Notes under the pieces: generated by a model
The model's database searches: none
Told to the model about the DNA's origin: nothing
Seen by the model: the letters and a program-made list of their open reading frames with translations, nothing else
Origin: the human T2T-CHM13v2.0 reference genome, Homo sapiens
Strand: one strand, 5' to 3'
Length of the DNA: 64,000 nt
Assembly (NCBI RefSeq): GCF_009914755.1
Contig: NC_060932.1
Made by a program: the position numbers and the translations under genes
Shown: positions 28,421 through 41,575 of the stretch, one piece after another
How positions within the stretch are numbered: position 1 is the first letter of the stretch
Layout: each line of letters opens with the position of its first letter

Positions 28421-30934
28421 TCAGCAAATGGAGAAGTCAAATTCACAGTCATCTTTTGCATCCCTGCAACACGATGCTGAGCTCAATAATGCCTATATCC
28501 TAAACCAGAAAATGTCTTTTTCATGTGGTTATAATTGCATATCTCATTATAAGTTATGTGACTTGACAATGTTTGCCTAATTGATTGTAGTCACTTGAGG
28601 ACAGTGACTTCTGTCATGAGGATGTCTCTTCCCTATACATGGAAGATTGCAAGATAGCTATTTCCTTGAGGTATATAAAACAGAGACCTCTAAATGTTTA
28701 CGGGGCAAGAACCTTCTGAAGAGTTAAACTTCCTGAAATTATCATTAATTCTGGTGTCACTAGGTTTAAGATTCTCCAATAACTCATTGAGTATCAACAG
28801 GTATGGATTGATTTATTGGGCCACCACTTTTACTTTGCAGGTGTTTTCTCATACATGAAAACAAATAGCCATCAAGATGGTAAATGGTATAAAGCCATTT
28901 ATGGCTTTCCTTGTTTCATTTCTGTATGTAACTTATCTGTTCATATTTATGCAGTAGTGTTAATTAGTGCTCTGGCAAATTACAATAGGACTCCTGTGGT
29001 GTAATATTTTACATCCACATGAATACCAAAACAATTCAGTATGATTCATATTCTTAAAATGAGTACCAAAGTAAGTAATAGTAATTGTGTCACTTATTAT
29101 AGCATGTTGCCAAACAATTATTATGTGCAGTTGATGAACATTTGAATAAATGCCATCATACTCTCTATTCAATTAAAACAACAGCGCTGATAATTAATAT
29201 CACCATTATTCATATCAAGTTATGGCTGTGGGTATTGTGTGTTCTAGAAAATGACTGGAAGAATAAATGTTCATTTCAATTCCATTTATATCTTGCTCTG
29301 AAGTATTAAAATATAATTTGCGTGAAATACAAGCATCATTTTCAACATAGCTGCAGTCCAAGAAAGCAGCTTTCTCATCTGCTGGATGATTAAGAAAATA
29401 AATAATTATTAAAAGAAAAACTATATTTGCATAGATAAGGACAAATGCCACATTTTTATAGCTTGTTTTGTCAAGAAAGAATTTACTATTTGTTTACTAA
29501 GAGATAAATGCAATTTGTAGTCATTTACAATCAGTAGTTAAACAATTCACAGAAAAATAGACTATTAGATAAAATAGATCTATCCACTCTGAAACAAAAA
29601 TCTTATTAAATAACTGTATTATCTATGGTCCTGGAAATTGTTATCTGAGAGATGTAAACACTAAATGGCTTCAGTCATTAACATATTAATAAACCAAATT
29701 ATGCTGTTAAGGGAGAGCCTGACTTTAAGAACACGAGACACAAAACAGTCATATTTTGACTGTGGGGCAGAAAGAAGCAGTACATTGCAATAAACATATT
29801 TGGCATTCACCCAAAAATCCAAAGGTATATTTAATTTATCTAGTCTTACAACCAAAAAGAAGACACAGAATTGAAATCTCAAAGATGGCCAGAAGAGACG
29901 AGTCTGCTGTCTATAGCATCTATGAGAAATCAAAATACTGTATAACTTGCACTATTCTATCCTCTTCAAACTCAGAAGAGCACCAAGTACTTGCCATTTG
30001 GGGAATAGCTCAACTGCTTTGCAATATCTTACATATATTACAGTCCTTCTGAGCTTCAAAGTGTAACAATACAAAGTGTAACATGACAGAATGTAAAACA
30101 GGCTTAATGGCACTGTAAGTGTGGAAAATGCTAATATATCCTTTCCTTCGTGATTCAACTGAAAAATTGATTCACTAGAACTTTGAATTCTACAGCGCAA
30201 GGAATTAAAATAATTGTCCTGTGAAATATTCCTGTCTTTATTGAAGAAGTGCTCCTGTGAGAAGAAAAGAAGCAGATAACAGGACTAATATCCTTGTAAC
30301 CATGCTGATAGCTGACCTCCACGTATATAGACTAATGATATCTGCTACGAGAGTCCTAATACATGGAATACTTTTTGCAAGATGATCTTGGTTGAGAATT
30401 GCTTACAATAAACAAATATATGATCTATTGATTTATGAAGCATGGTTCTCTAGAGAATGTTATGTAAGCTCTGAGGTATGAAATGGGGATTTTCATAACC
30501 TAAATTCATCCTAACTGGGGTATGAATTAACCTGCATACCTCTTTAGCAACACAATGTACACTCAGTCAGAAAGTAGAAGACTCTTACAGGAAAGAAAAA
30601 TCCAGAGTCACATACGGTGGTCCAAACATCTTGCTGCCTATGGGTACCTCTTGATTATGTGCAGCGTTAGCAAAGTGTGATATTGTGTAAGATATAGCAT
30701 TTGTGTGGATATTAATCTATGTATCACCTCACCTGCATTGGAACCTCTCTCTCTATGGGTCAATAATCGAAAGGGCTAGGATGGCATTGACATGCTTCTC
30801 AAACTGCCCTCAGATGCATGTCTTTTCTATCCACTTAGTCTCCTAGCTCAAGACTATTAGTCCATATTCTTTTTTTCCCTCAGTCACTGACAATTGGTAG
30901 TTATTTATAAATTCTTTACAGTTTTTTTGTTACT

Positions 30935-31070
30935 ATTTTTTTTTTTCAGGGAACATGGTCTTGCTCTGTCACTCAAGCCGGAATGAAGTGGTGCAATCAT
31001 AGCCCACTGCAGCCTGGAACTCCTGGGCTCAAGCAATCCTACTGCCTCAGTTTCCTGAGTATCTGGGACT
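30935..31070 (-). mobile_element. AluJ right-arm / FRAM fragment
   Basis: 'ggtcttgctctgtcactcaagcc...catagcccactgcagcctggaactcctgggctcaagcaatcc'. Confidence 0.85.
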
Positions 31071-33884
31071 TTTTTTTTTCTAGACAAAATTTTACACTCG
31101 TTACTGACAGGCTAAAAATTATCTACCAAGAAATCTAAACTAACAAAGTCTATTTCTTGTTCTTAAAGTTTAAAAGGTATTTTGCCTGTTAGTTTCTCTG
31201 TGTTCTATCCAAAGAGTGAGTTCCTGGCCTTAGCTTTTCTTCACACAAAGTAAAGTAATCACTGTCCAATCAGATTTGACCCATCAATTTATTCTTCATT
31301 TAAAATATGTGTTCTTCATTTATAAATTCTATTTGGTATAAAATTGTATACAAGTATAATCAATGCTTGGAGTTTTATTTTGACATTTTCTTCTCTACCA
31401 GTGGTTCTCTGCTCAGAGTCTCTCTCAATTTATAATACTGACCGGAACTCATATTCCCTATTCCCAAAAGACTCTATAATGGAAAAAATTTCCACAGGTG
31501 ATCATGATAAACTTACTTATTGACACATAAACACACACACTCATTAGGAATAATGTTCCATTTTATGTCAAGAAATCCATAAAATCCATTTTATGTCAAG
31601 AAAGGAATAATTTGTAGTCCATGTTTTATTATCACTTTGCTTTAATCAGTTAGGCTGATTTACTCCTAAAAAGAGAATGGGAGCTTTTAGAATATAATGA
31701 AATGGGAAAAATGTGTAAATCTATTTATAGCCATATTTTATTTTATGAACAAAGATCCTGAATTCAGTAGATGTATTAGTGGGATAAAAAAATGTGTCTT
31801 GTACTGGATCTACAATGAAACATGACTCTTAAAATCAAGAAAATGTAATTCAATACTCGATTTATTCTTTAACAATATATTTGGTACACCATTATCTATA
31901 GGGGAGTCTTTAGTTATTCAGAATGAAAGCTCATTTTCTTACTCAAAGGTTAGAGTAATAGTATTTATTTGAAATGTAAATGAAGATTTCCACCAAGGAA
32001 TTTTGCATTTGTCTCTAATCAGAATGCCCTATGAATAATGTAGTTTGGCACCAATGTCCTCATTAAGCAAGTTTCCCATTATTGCATTTTCTGATTATAA
32101 TCTTCTCATTAAACTTCTTTTACTCTTCCTGCTTATGATCATTCATATTTTAGGTCTTCAATATTAATCTGAACACATACACACATACACACACACACAT
32201 AGTCTCCTGTAGATGAGAATCAAATTATATTGATGACCAGATGTCCTTTAAATAAAGGGTTGTTATCCATTGTATGTCCAAAAAATGGCATGGAGCTAAA
32301 TTGTCCAACTGGGCTAAAAGAGAAAATGAGTTTCAAACTAGTCTCAATTTATATCCATCTACTAGGCAATTTCACAATTATACTTGATTGACAGCAATGG
32401 CCAAGAAAGAAATAGGATGACAAAAGAAATGGGACTAACTAGAACAGTTTTTTGTTGTTGTTTTCTTATTTTTTCTTTTACTTTTAAAGAACTACAGAAT
32501 TATACCACATTAGAATATGCAAAGAACTTTGAGAGACCCACACTATAAATGTGAGACCTTGGAAGGAATGCTTTCATAACCATGATACAGATTTCAACCA
32601 TATAACTCTTTTAAAAACACAAATATACAAGCTTTTTAAAAATATATATTAATACTTTATCTCCATGAAACACTGGCAAGATTAAAGAAGAGAAGGAGCT
32701 GGCAGGTTTAAGTAGTGATGATAATAGCATGTGAAAGCCAAGGTGAAAAGACATTTCTCATTTCTAGACTCCTGCCTTCCTTCTTAATGTTCCTAGAAAT
32801 CATATTTGAACCACATTTGAGGTTCTAGGAAATAATTCATTAATTAGAGAACATTTTTCCACATGCTTTCACTTGTTTGCTTCAACTGTTTCTCAGTGGA
32901 AATAAAGATGTTTATCATGTCGTGTAAAATATGAATCATATACATTTAACATGGATATGTGAAAAACGTAGATATAAAGATATAAAATGTATATACAAAC
33001 TGTAAGTAGTGGTTACCTCTGAAGAGAGCACTAAAACAATGAAAGGAGACTTTCATTATTTAGTGTAAATATTTCTGTAGTTTTAAATAATTTTGTAATG
33101 ACTATATTCGTAATTTAAAAAGCAATACATGATTTCCTTCAAACTTTAATATGCCTAAAAGTTCTTATTAGCATACATTTTATCTAAGTTAGCACAGATT
33201 TATAAATTTCCTAAGATATAAAATTTCCCACATAAATTAAATTAAATCATTTGTATACCTTTCTTGAAATGTTTCCAAGGTATTTATGTTGTGTTTTATT
33301 AACATTGCCCAAATTAAACATGGATTTTGTAAGCACTACACTAATATTAATAATTAATAGTAAGATGATGTGTTCCTATGTGGACTTTAATTTTTTAAGG
33401 AAAATGGTATATATTTGGGACATTATTAATCCTTACAAGTTGGAAACTTAAGGAAGTTCATTATCTTCCAATACCATGTTGATAAATTGATATACTGCTG
33501 CTCAGCATAATGGTTCTCTCAGTGTCAGTGCAATGATAAAGGAAATTGTAATGACTATTCCAGCCTCTGGTGGATAACTTACTGGTTTACTAATACCTGG
33601 AAAATTGCTAAAATAAAAACTCTCAAAATATATTTCCTTATTGTTTTTTCCTAAATCTCACTATCAATCATACCACCTCTACTGTGATCTGTAGTGGAAG
33701 GGCAAGATAGGATATAATTACTTCATTCTTAGGCATGGCTTAATAAAGACAATTATCTAAAGGTATTTTGCTATTTTGTGTCTTTGACCATATATACCAT
33801 AATAGACATTGTGCATTTAAGATGACTTTACTTTCCTAATCATATCCAGGTAATAGATATGCTCCATATCTATCCTTGATTCTC

Positions 33885-34248
33885 TAATGATAACTTATCC
33901 TAAGCAGCCAGATCCCCTTCAAGACTGAGGAATTCCAGCCGCATAAAATGTTGACTGTTGACAGCCAACAGCTCAGTTTTTCTCCAGAAATTCCACTGAC
34001 CAAAAGGAACACCTCAGCCAAAGTGTGTCCCTTCCCTGGGACAATAGACATCCAAAACCTGATTAATGCTGGAGTAAGCAATCTGGCCTCATTGTCTCAA
34101 CTCAGAACATTTTCAAAGGGCCATCCCAACATCAAAGCTCCACAGAGAGTTGGCATTACAGTCCACATTCTCACTTTGCCTAATCCTATTTGCCTCTTAC
34201 CTGCAGGTCTCCCTCAGAGTTTGTTTCCAGGAAAGCTAAATTATGACA
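33885..34248 (+). mobile_element. LTR16-family (ERVL) 5' LTR
   Basis: 'cagatccccttcaagactgagg...cagccaaagtgtgtcccttccctggg...ctcagagtttgtttccaggaa' ending in 'gaca'. Confidence 0.65.
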
Positions 34249-34825
34249 TTTGGTGCCAGGACAGGTTGCAAGTCATAGGCACCTAAATAGATTTTTGAGG
34301 AAAAGATTGATAGCCCCTGGCAAACTATAGCAATGTCTTTATAAACATTTTCAATACTTCAGTGGTAAACTGGATAGGATACCAGTGAAAAAGTATGCAC
34401 TGAATGATTCAGTATTTATTTTTGGCATTTGAAAGTTTCATAAAACGTAGACATGATAAGGACACTGGAATCAGATGCTATTTCTGGGTGTCTTCAAGGC
34501 ACAAACAAAAGTCAAAGAAAGTCTGGTGGTAACTAATTATCTATTTAAGGCAGAATGTAAAAGTCATTGGGCCCCCTTGGTAGCATATAAAGAAATTTTC
34601 AACTCCTTTAAGCTGAGGGCAGAAAAAGCAAAGGAATAAGGGCAGACTTAGTTTTAAGAAATCAGAACTCTAAAAACTTTTGACTTCTTAACCCAGAAAC
34701 TCTGCTTTAATAAGGTCGATTATTTCATAACAAGGTCAGTGTTGTAATTGGGAATGAGTGGGACTCTAGGATTGTGATGAAAATCTCTGTGATGATATGT
34801 TCAGAAATCCAAAACCCCAAATTCC
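34249..34825 (+). mobile_element. ERV3-16A3-like internal (leader/gag) remnant
   Basis: Begins 'tttggtgccagg' (PBS position) directly after the LTR; ERVL gag-like 'gtcagtgttgtaattgggaatgagtgggactct'. Confidence 0.55.
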
Positions 34826-37800
34826 TTGGTCTGTTCAGGAAATGAATTTCTTCCTAGCATAGTCTTTAGAGGATGTGTGTGTCTAGGAATTTATCTACCT
34901 CTTCTAGGTTTTCTAGTTTATGTATATAAAGGTGTTCATAGTAGTTTCTGATGGTTATATTTATTTCTGTGGAGTCAGTGGTAACATCCCTGTCACCATT
35001 TCTAATTGTGTGTATTTGTATCTTCTCTCCTTCCATCTTTGTTAGTCTAGCTAGTGGCCTATTGATTTTATTAAGTTTTCTAAAAATCAAGCTCCTGAAT
35101 TTGTTAATGTTTTGAATGTTTTTTTGTGAATCAATTTCCTTCAGTTCAGCTTTGATTTTGATTATTTCCTGTCTTGTGCTAGCTTTGGAGTTGATTTGTT
35201 CTTGACTCTTGAATTCTTTCTTAGGTTGTTAATTTGAGATCTTTATAACTTTTTGATGTGGGCACTTAGTGCTATGAATTTCCATCTTAACACTGCTTAG
35301 CTGTCTACCAGAGATTATAATATGTTGTATTTTTGTTCTTATTAGTTTTAAAGAACTTCTGGATTTCTGCTTCAATGTTCTTATTTACCAAAAACTCATT
35401 AAGGAGCATGTTGTTTAATTTCCATGTAATTGCATGGTTTTGAGAAATTTTCTTAGTCTTCAGTTCTATTTTTATTGTGCTATTATCCAATAGTGTTTTT
35501 CATATGACTTCAGTTCTTTGAATTGTCTGAGGATTGTTTTATATTTGATTATGTGGTTAATTTTAGAGTATGTGCCATTTGGCGATAAGAAAACTGTACA
35601 TTCTGTTGTTTTGGGGTAGGAGTTCTGTAGAGGTTTATCAGATCTATTTTGTCCAATGTTAAGTTCAGGTCTTGAGTATTTTTGTTAATTTTCTTCTTTG
35701 ATGATCTGTCAGACACTGTCAGTGGAGTGTTGACGTCTCCCACTATTATTGTGTGGGAGTTTACTTCTCATTGTACGTCTCTAAGAAGTTGCTTTGTGAA
35801 TCTGGGTGCTCCAGTGTTGGGTGCATATATATTTAGGATATTTGTGTCTTCTTGTTGAATTGAACCCTTTACCACTATATAATGTTCTTCTTTGTCTTTT
35901 TTTATCTTTGTTGGCTTAAAGTCTATTTTGCCTGAAATTAGGATTGCAACTTCTGCTTTTTTCTGTTTTCCATTTTCTTGGTAGATTTTCCTCCACCCCT
36001 TCATTTTGAGTGTACGAGTGTCATTACATGTGAAATGGTATCTTGAAGACAGCATACAATTTGGTCTTGCTTCTTTATCCAGCTTGCCACTCTGAGCCTT
36101 TTAACTGGGGCTAAATGTTAGTATTGAGTCTGCCACTCTGTGACTTTCAACTAGGGCATTTAGTCCATTTACATTCAAGAATAGTATTTATAGTGTCACT
36201 GGTTTGTGTGTTTAAGTGTGATTTTGTATTAGCTTTCCTTTCTATATTTAGTGCTCCTTTCAGGATCTTTTGTAAGTCAGGTCTGGTGATTATGAATTCC
36301 CTCAACATTTGCTTTATCTGAAAAGAATCTTATTTCTGATTTACTTAGGAAGCTTAGTTTGGCTGCACATGAAGTTCTTGGTTGAAAACGTTTTCTTCTA
36401 AGAATGTTAAATATAGGCCCCCAATCTCTTCTGGCTTGCAGGGTTTCAGTTGAGAGGTCCACTGTTAGTCTGATGGGGATCCTTTTGTAGATAACCTGCC
36501 CTTTCTATCTTCCTTAACATTCTTTCTTTCATTTTGACCTTGGAAAATCTGATGATTATGTGTCTTGGAAATGATCTTCTTGTGTAGAATCTTGTAAGTG
36601 TTGTCTGTATTTCCTGAATTTGAATGTTGGCCTCTCTAGCAAGGTTGGAGAAGTTTTTATGAATTATATTCTGAAATATGTTTTCCACATTGTTCACTTT
36701 CTTCCCCTCCCTTTCAGGGATGCCAAAGATTCGTAGACATTGCCTCTTCATATAATCCCATACTTCTCAGAGGTTTGCTCATTCCTTTTTATTCTTTTTT
36801 CTTTATTTTTGTCTGACTGACTTATTTCATTTATACCAGTCTTCACTTTCTGAGATTCTTTCCTATGTGTGGCGTGGTCTATCCTGCTGTCAGTACTTGT
36901 GATTGCATTGCAAAATTCTTGTATTGTGTTTTTCAGCTCTGTCAGACCCTTTTTTACACTGGCTATTTCATCCTCAGCTCCCATATTGCTATATTGTGAT
37001 TTTTATTTTGCTTGGATTGTGTTTTTCCATCCTCCTGAATCTCAATGATCTTCACTCTTATTCATATTCTGAATTCTATTTCTGTCATTTTAGCCAGTTC
37101 AGCCTGGTTAAGAACTCTTGTTGGAGAACTGGTGCCATCATTCGGTGGATTTTTGACACTGGCCATTTGAGTTACTAGGGTTCTTGCATTGGTTCTTTCT
37201 GCTTTCTGTGTGTGCATGTTCCTTTAACTGCAGTGTAGATCGAGTACAGCTGATAGACTTCTTTTCTGGATGTCTTTACCAAGTTGAGGCTTTGTGCAAG
37301 GTCTTTATTTGAAGCTAATGTCTTGTCTCTGGTTTCAGTGGGGGTTATGTTAGTGAAGTATTTTTTGGTGTTGAAGCTTTGGTGTGTGATCCAGTAGGTG
37401 GCACTTAGAGTTATTGGTCAGTTGTTTGACTCTTGCTCAGTTGCGTGGCTCTTGTATGTTTCCTCACAGTTGCAGCCGTAATGCTTTGAAAGTGTAGGCT
37501 TTTCTCCCTTTGAATGCTGGCTATAGATCATAACTTGGCACTCCTGGGCTGTCCACTGCAGCTCTGGGGCAATCTCAGTGATTATGGTCCTTCTCCAACT
37601 TGGAGACAGCAGAGGAAGAGACCTTTGTATTGGTTGTGGTCAAGTGTTGTTTGCTTGCCTCCTGGGGGCTCCAACCCCGAGAGGTACAGGTCAGTAATAA
37701 CTCAGTGCAATCAGCCCAGGATGGAGGGTCTGTGCTGTGGGCCCAAGCCAGGGGTTCCCTGTTTGGTGATGAGTAGTGCGGTATTGTGGGGAAGATTGGG

Positions 37801-39658
37801 TGGGACCCATGGGAGGTAGACTGGCCGCCTTTCTTTGGGTCATGTACAACTCGTTGGAGGTGTGGATAGGGATAGCTTCTTAAGGAAAAAATTTTCAACC
37901 AAGAACTTCATGTGCAGCCAAACTAAGCTTCCTAAGTAAATCAGAAATAAGATTCTTTTCAGATAAAACTCCTTCATTAGTCTGAGGGTAGCAAGAAAAA
38001 TTCTATTGCAGAGGCAGTAGCAGAGAGGCTTTTAGTTGTCCCTGGAGGCTCTGAACAGGGACTTGCCAAGTTGCTACTGGCTTGGTATCTCTGGTAGGGG
38101 GGTGGCTGAAGACCCAGACCTGGGGGACCTGCATGGTGAGGAGACATGGGAGTGGGCACCCATGTAACAGTTCTGGCCCCTTTTCTGTAGGGCTACTGCA
38201 TTATGCTGGGACCTGCTGCAGTCCCTAGTCATCTCATATTTTCTAGTATCTGGAGGTATCTCCAGTGAAGGCTGAGAAACAGCAAAAGTGGCAAGCTTCC
38301 CCTCCCTCTGGGAGCTTCGTCCCAGGGAGATAAGGGCCTGTTCAGTCCAAAGGCACCTGTAGGCAGTGGCTGGAGACTCTGTTTGGGAGATCCCACCCAG
38401 TGAAGAGAAGCAGTATTGGAGCCCACTTTAAAAAGCCATCTGGCCATATTTTGGTAAAGCAGCTGTGCTGTACTGGGGGTTCACTTCAGTCCCTTGCTAC
38501 CTCAGATACTCTGAATCCCAAAAGCTGGAATGGCCAAGTTGCCCCAACAGCAAAGATAGTGCCCGCCCCTCCCTCTGGGAACTCCATCACTGAAGGAATT
38601 CAGATCTCTGTCAACTGTTACAGGGGTGGCTGGAGGCCCTACCCAGTGAGGAGAAATAGGATTGGGAAGCTGCTTTAAGAACCAGCCTGGCCATGTTTTG
38701 GTAGAGCAGCTCTGCTGTGCTGAGGGATCCCCTCTGCTCCTGGCTGGCCTGGACTCTCCAATGGCTGAAGGCTGAAATGGCTACATTGCCCAAACAGCAA
38801 ATATGATGGCTTGCCCCTCCCTCTGGGAGCACTGTCCCATGGAGAATTCAAATGTTTGTTGGCTGGAGAACACCAGCAGGGGTAGTTGGGAGGTCCTGCC
38901 CAGTGAGGAGGAACGGGATCCAGCACTGTCTTAAAGCAACGATCTGGCCACATTTTGATAGAGCAGCTGTGTGCTGGGGGATCCCTTTCACTGCTAGTCG
39001 GCTCAGACTAGCTGGAGTAGCGAAGTTGCCCAAGCAGCAATGATGGTAGCCCACCCCTCACCCCAGGAGCACCTTCTTAGGGAGGTACAATGCTGCTATT
39101 GGTGGCTGGCTGGAATTCCTAGCCAATGGGTCTTATCCTGTCTGGTGCTATGGAAGTGGGGCCAGCAGGTTGTCTCTGCTCAGCCCCGCTGGATTCAGCC
39201 TCTTTCCCAGGGGTATGTACAGGTAGGAAACTAGCTTCCCACTTTGCCAGAGCTACAGTTACTTTTGCCAGATAGCCCCGGTATCTAAGGCTTCAGGGTT
39301 TCCATGTGTGCCTGAGTGACTGCTCTGCAGAGACTCCATGTAGCTCTGTCAGACTGAAAGCCCTGTTGGAGTTGGGTCAGGAGACCCAAGCGTTGCAAAG
39401 ATCCATGGGAGAAACATGGTTTTCCAGGGTCACACATTCACTCACCACTTTTCTGAGCAGGGTAGGTTCCCCTAGCTCTATGTTGTTCCTGGGCAGGCCT
39501 TCATCCTGTCTGGGTTTTCTTGAAGTTGTTCTCTTGATTAGTCCCATTGCAAGCACCTGAATGTTTCATTTGAAGGTGTATTTACTCCCCTCTTTCATTC
39601 CTTTCCACGTGAGCCATGCACACTAGCTGCTTCTAGTCAGCCATCTTGGTCACCCCTC
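34826..39658 (-). mobile_element. L1PA13-16-like element with intact 5' end (long 5' UTR, ORF1, ORF2 EN), 3'-truncated
   Basis: 5' start rc 'aggggtgaccaagatggc' (YY1 core) at ~39640-39657; ORF1 peptides 'LRIFGIPEREG...ENIFQNIIHKNFSNLAREANIQIQEIQ', 'DLSTETLQARRDWGPIFNIL'; EN 'ILNIYAPNTGAPRF'. Confidence 0.9.
36313..37967. repeat. Perfect 76-bp inverted repeat pair (36313-36388 / 37892-37967), ~1.5-kb spacer
   Basis: Base-by-base reverse-complement comparison gives 76/76 identity. Confidence 0.95.
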
Positions 39659-39659
39659 T

Positions 39660-39807
39660 TTTATTTCTTTTTTTGTTTGTTTGTTTTTTCAGAGACATCA
39701 GTCTCACTATGTTTCCAGGCAGGCCTCAAACTCCTGGGCTCAAGCGATCCTCCTTCGTCAGCCTGCAAAAGCCTTGGGATTGCAGGTGTGAGCCGTTGCT
39801 CCTGGAC
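39660..39807 (-). mobile_element. FLAM (free left Alu monomer)
   Basis: 'gtctcactatgtttccaggc...aactcctgggctcaagcgatcctcc...gggattgcaggtgtgagcc', monomer only. Confidence 0.85.
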
Positions 39808-40989
39808 AAGTATAATGAATGCACACAGAGACTAAGGATCCCCTGCAATCAGTACATTAGACTAAATGCCAAGAAATACTTAGAGCATTAAGGGATATTA
39901 TAGTTCCCCAGAAACATCACCTCACCTTTGTGTCCAGATGGAAGAGTGGATGACACAATAGGAGACAAAAAAATACTCATATTGTCCTTAACCATGTATG
40001 GTTCAATACTTCACTAATTCCTTCAAAAAAATTACAAATTAACAGCCAAATTTAGTATGTTTGTTTCTTTGTAGGTATGTAGCATAAGAGTATAATTACA
40101 ATAATCTTACTCTTTAATATATGCTTAAGATTTGTCAAATGAGTCTTTCACTATCATCATTAAAATACGAAGTTAATATAATTCCTTTAGAGTGACCCAA
40201 TTGATAATTATAATGGTAAAATTTAATTGTGTAGTGAGGGCAAAAAAGATAAAAACATTCACCCTTAAAGAGTGGTACCTGCATTAGGTATCTGGTCAAA
40301 TGTATGTAGCTATTTCACAAGTTACCTCAGAACAAATAAAGAGACTTTGGTATAAGGCCAAATGCAAGGTAGGGCTGACATTTTTGTACACATCCCTAGC
40401 CTCTTACTAATGACCTCTTCTCCCCACTTAAGTACCTATTTCTGTATTTTTCAAAACAAGAAAACATCTGTCATTGATTTCACAATTGTTACCTCTCATA
40501 CTAGCTTTTGCATTTTAAACTTTTGTCTGAAATAATAGAATAAAAGCCTTTGTGCTCTGCTTTAGGAATTGCATGGATCAGGAAAATATGTGTGATAAAA
40601 TTGAATACAGGTTATTGACACAATACTTCTGCAATGTTATAGAAACCCAGAAATTACATTTACCTTAGTAGTTTTAGGGCACTTAAAAGTGAGGTTAGCG
40701 CTGAAGGGATAGTGCTTTCTCAGTTGCACTTTGTAGACAGAGCAGAATCATAAATTACTGCAACTTTACTGCTGCTACTGCCGCCACTTCTACTGTTACT
40801 ATCATTCCATTGCCAGAAGACCATGCCCTAAGATCTACTAAGCACCTTTGAATGTCCCCTAGTATTACTACCTCCTTAATACTCTAACCTCAAATACTGA
40901 AATGTGCCCAGTCTTAGCACAACCTGCCTGCAGCATGACATTTTAATGTATGCTCCTTTACTTTGTGCTCTTATTGCTTCTTCCAATGA

Positions 40990-41330
<341 letters not shown>

Positions 41331-41371
41331 CTATTTTTTATCTTATAGGTAGAGTCACCCAGTAAGATGTC

Positions 41372-41575
41372 ATTGGCTTTAGAATAAGACAGATCTGAAT
41401 TGTCTTATTGAAGAATGTGAATAATAGCCAAGTGAACTTGAATGGTAACTTGTTTCTAAAGCTTGATATTCTGTTCTATAAAATAACAAAAATTAATATA
41501 TTGAAATAAAGTTGCTAATATTACAAATAAGATAGCTAAATACAGTGACACATAGGTTTTTATAAATGGTAGATA
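41372..41575 (+). mobile_element. MIR remnant
   Basis: 'ggctttagaataagacagatctg...ctgttctataaaataac...gacacatagg...ataaatggtag'. Confidence 0.5.

Noticed and set aside
29215-30200. ORFs of 78-98 aa in unique sequence
   Set aside because: No recognisable domain, mostly non-ATG starts, and no convincing acceptor-donor pair preserving frame.
38100-39065. Periodic repeats considered as a CRISPR-like array
   Set aside because: Units are ~250 bp, diverged throughout, lack the repeat-spacer structure, and lie in a primate L1 5' UTR.
37514-39560. Cluster of overlapping 60-107 aa ORFs in a GC-richer segment
   Set aside because: L1 5' UTR; higher GC lowers stop frequency and no protein family is recognisable.
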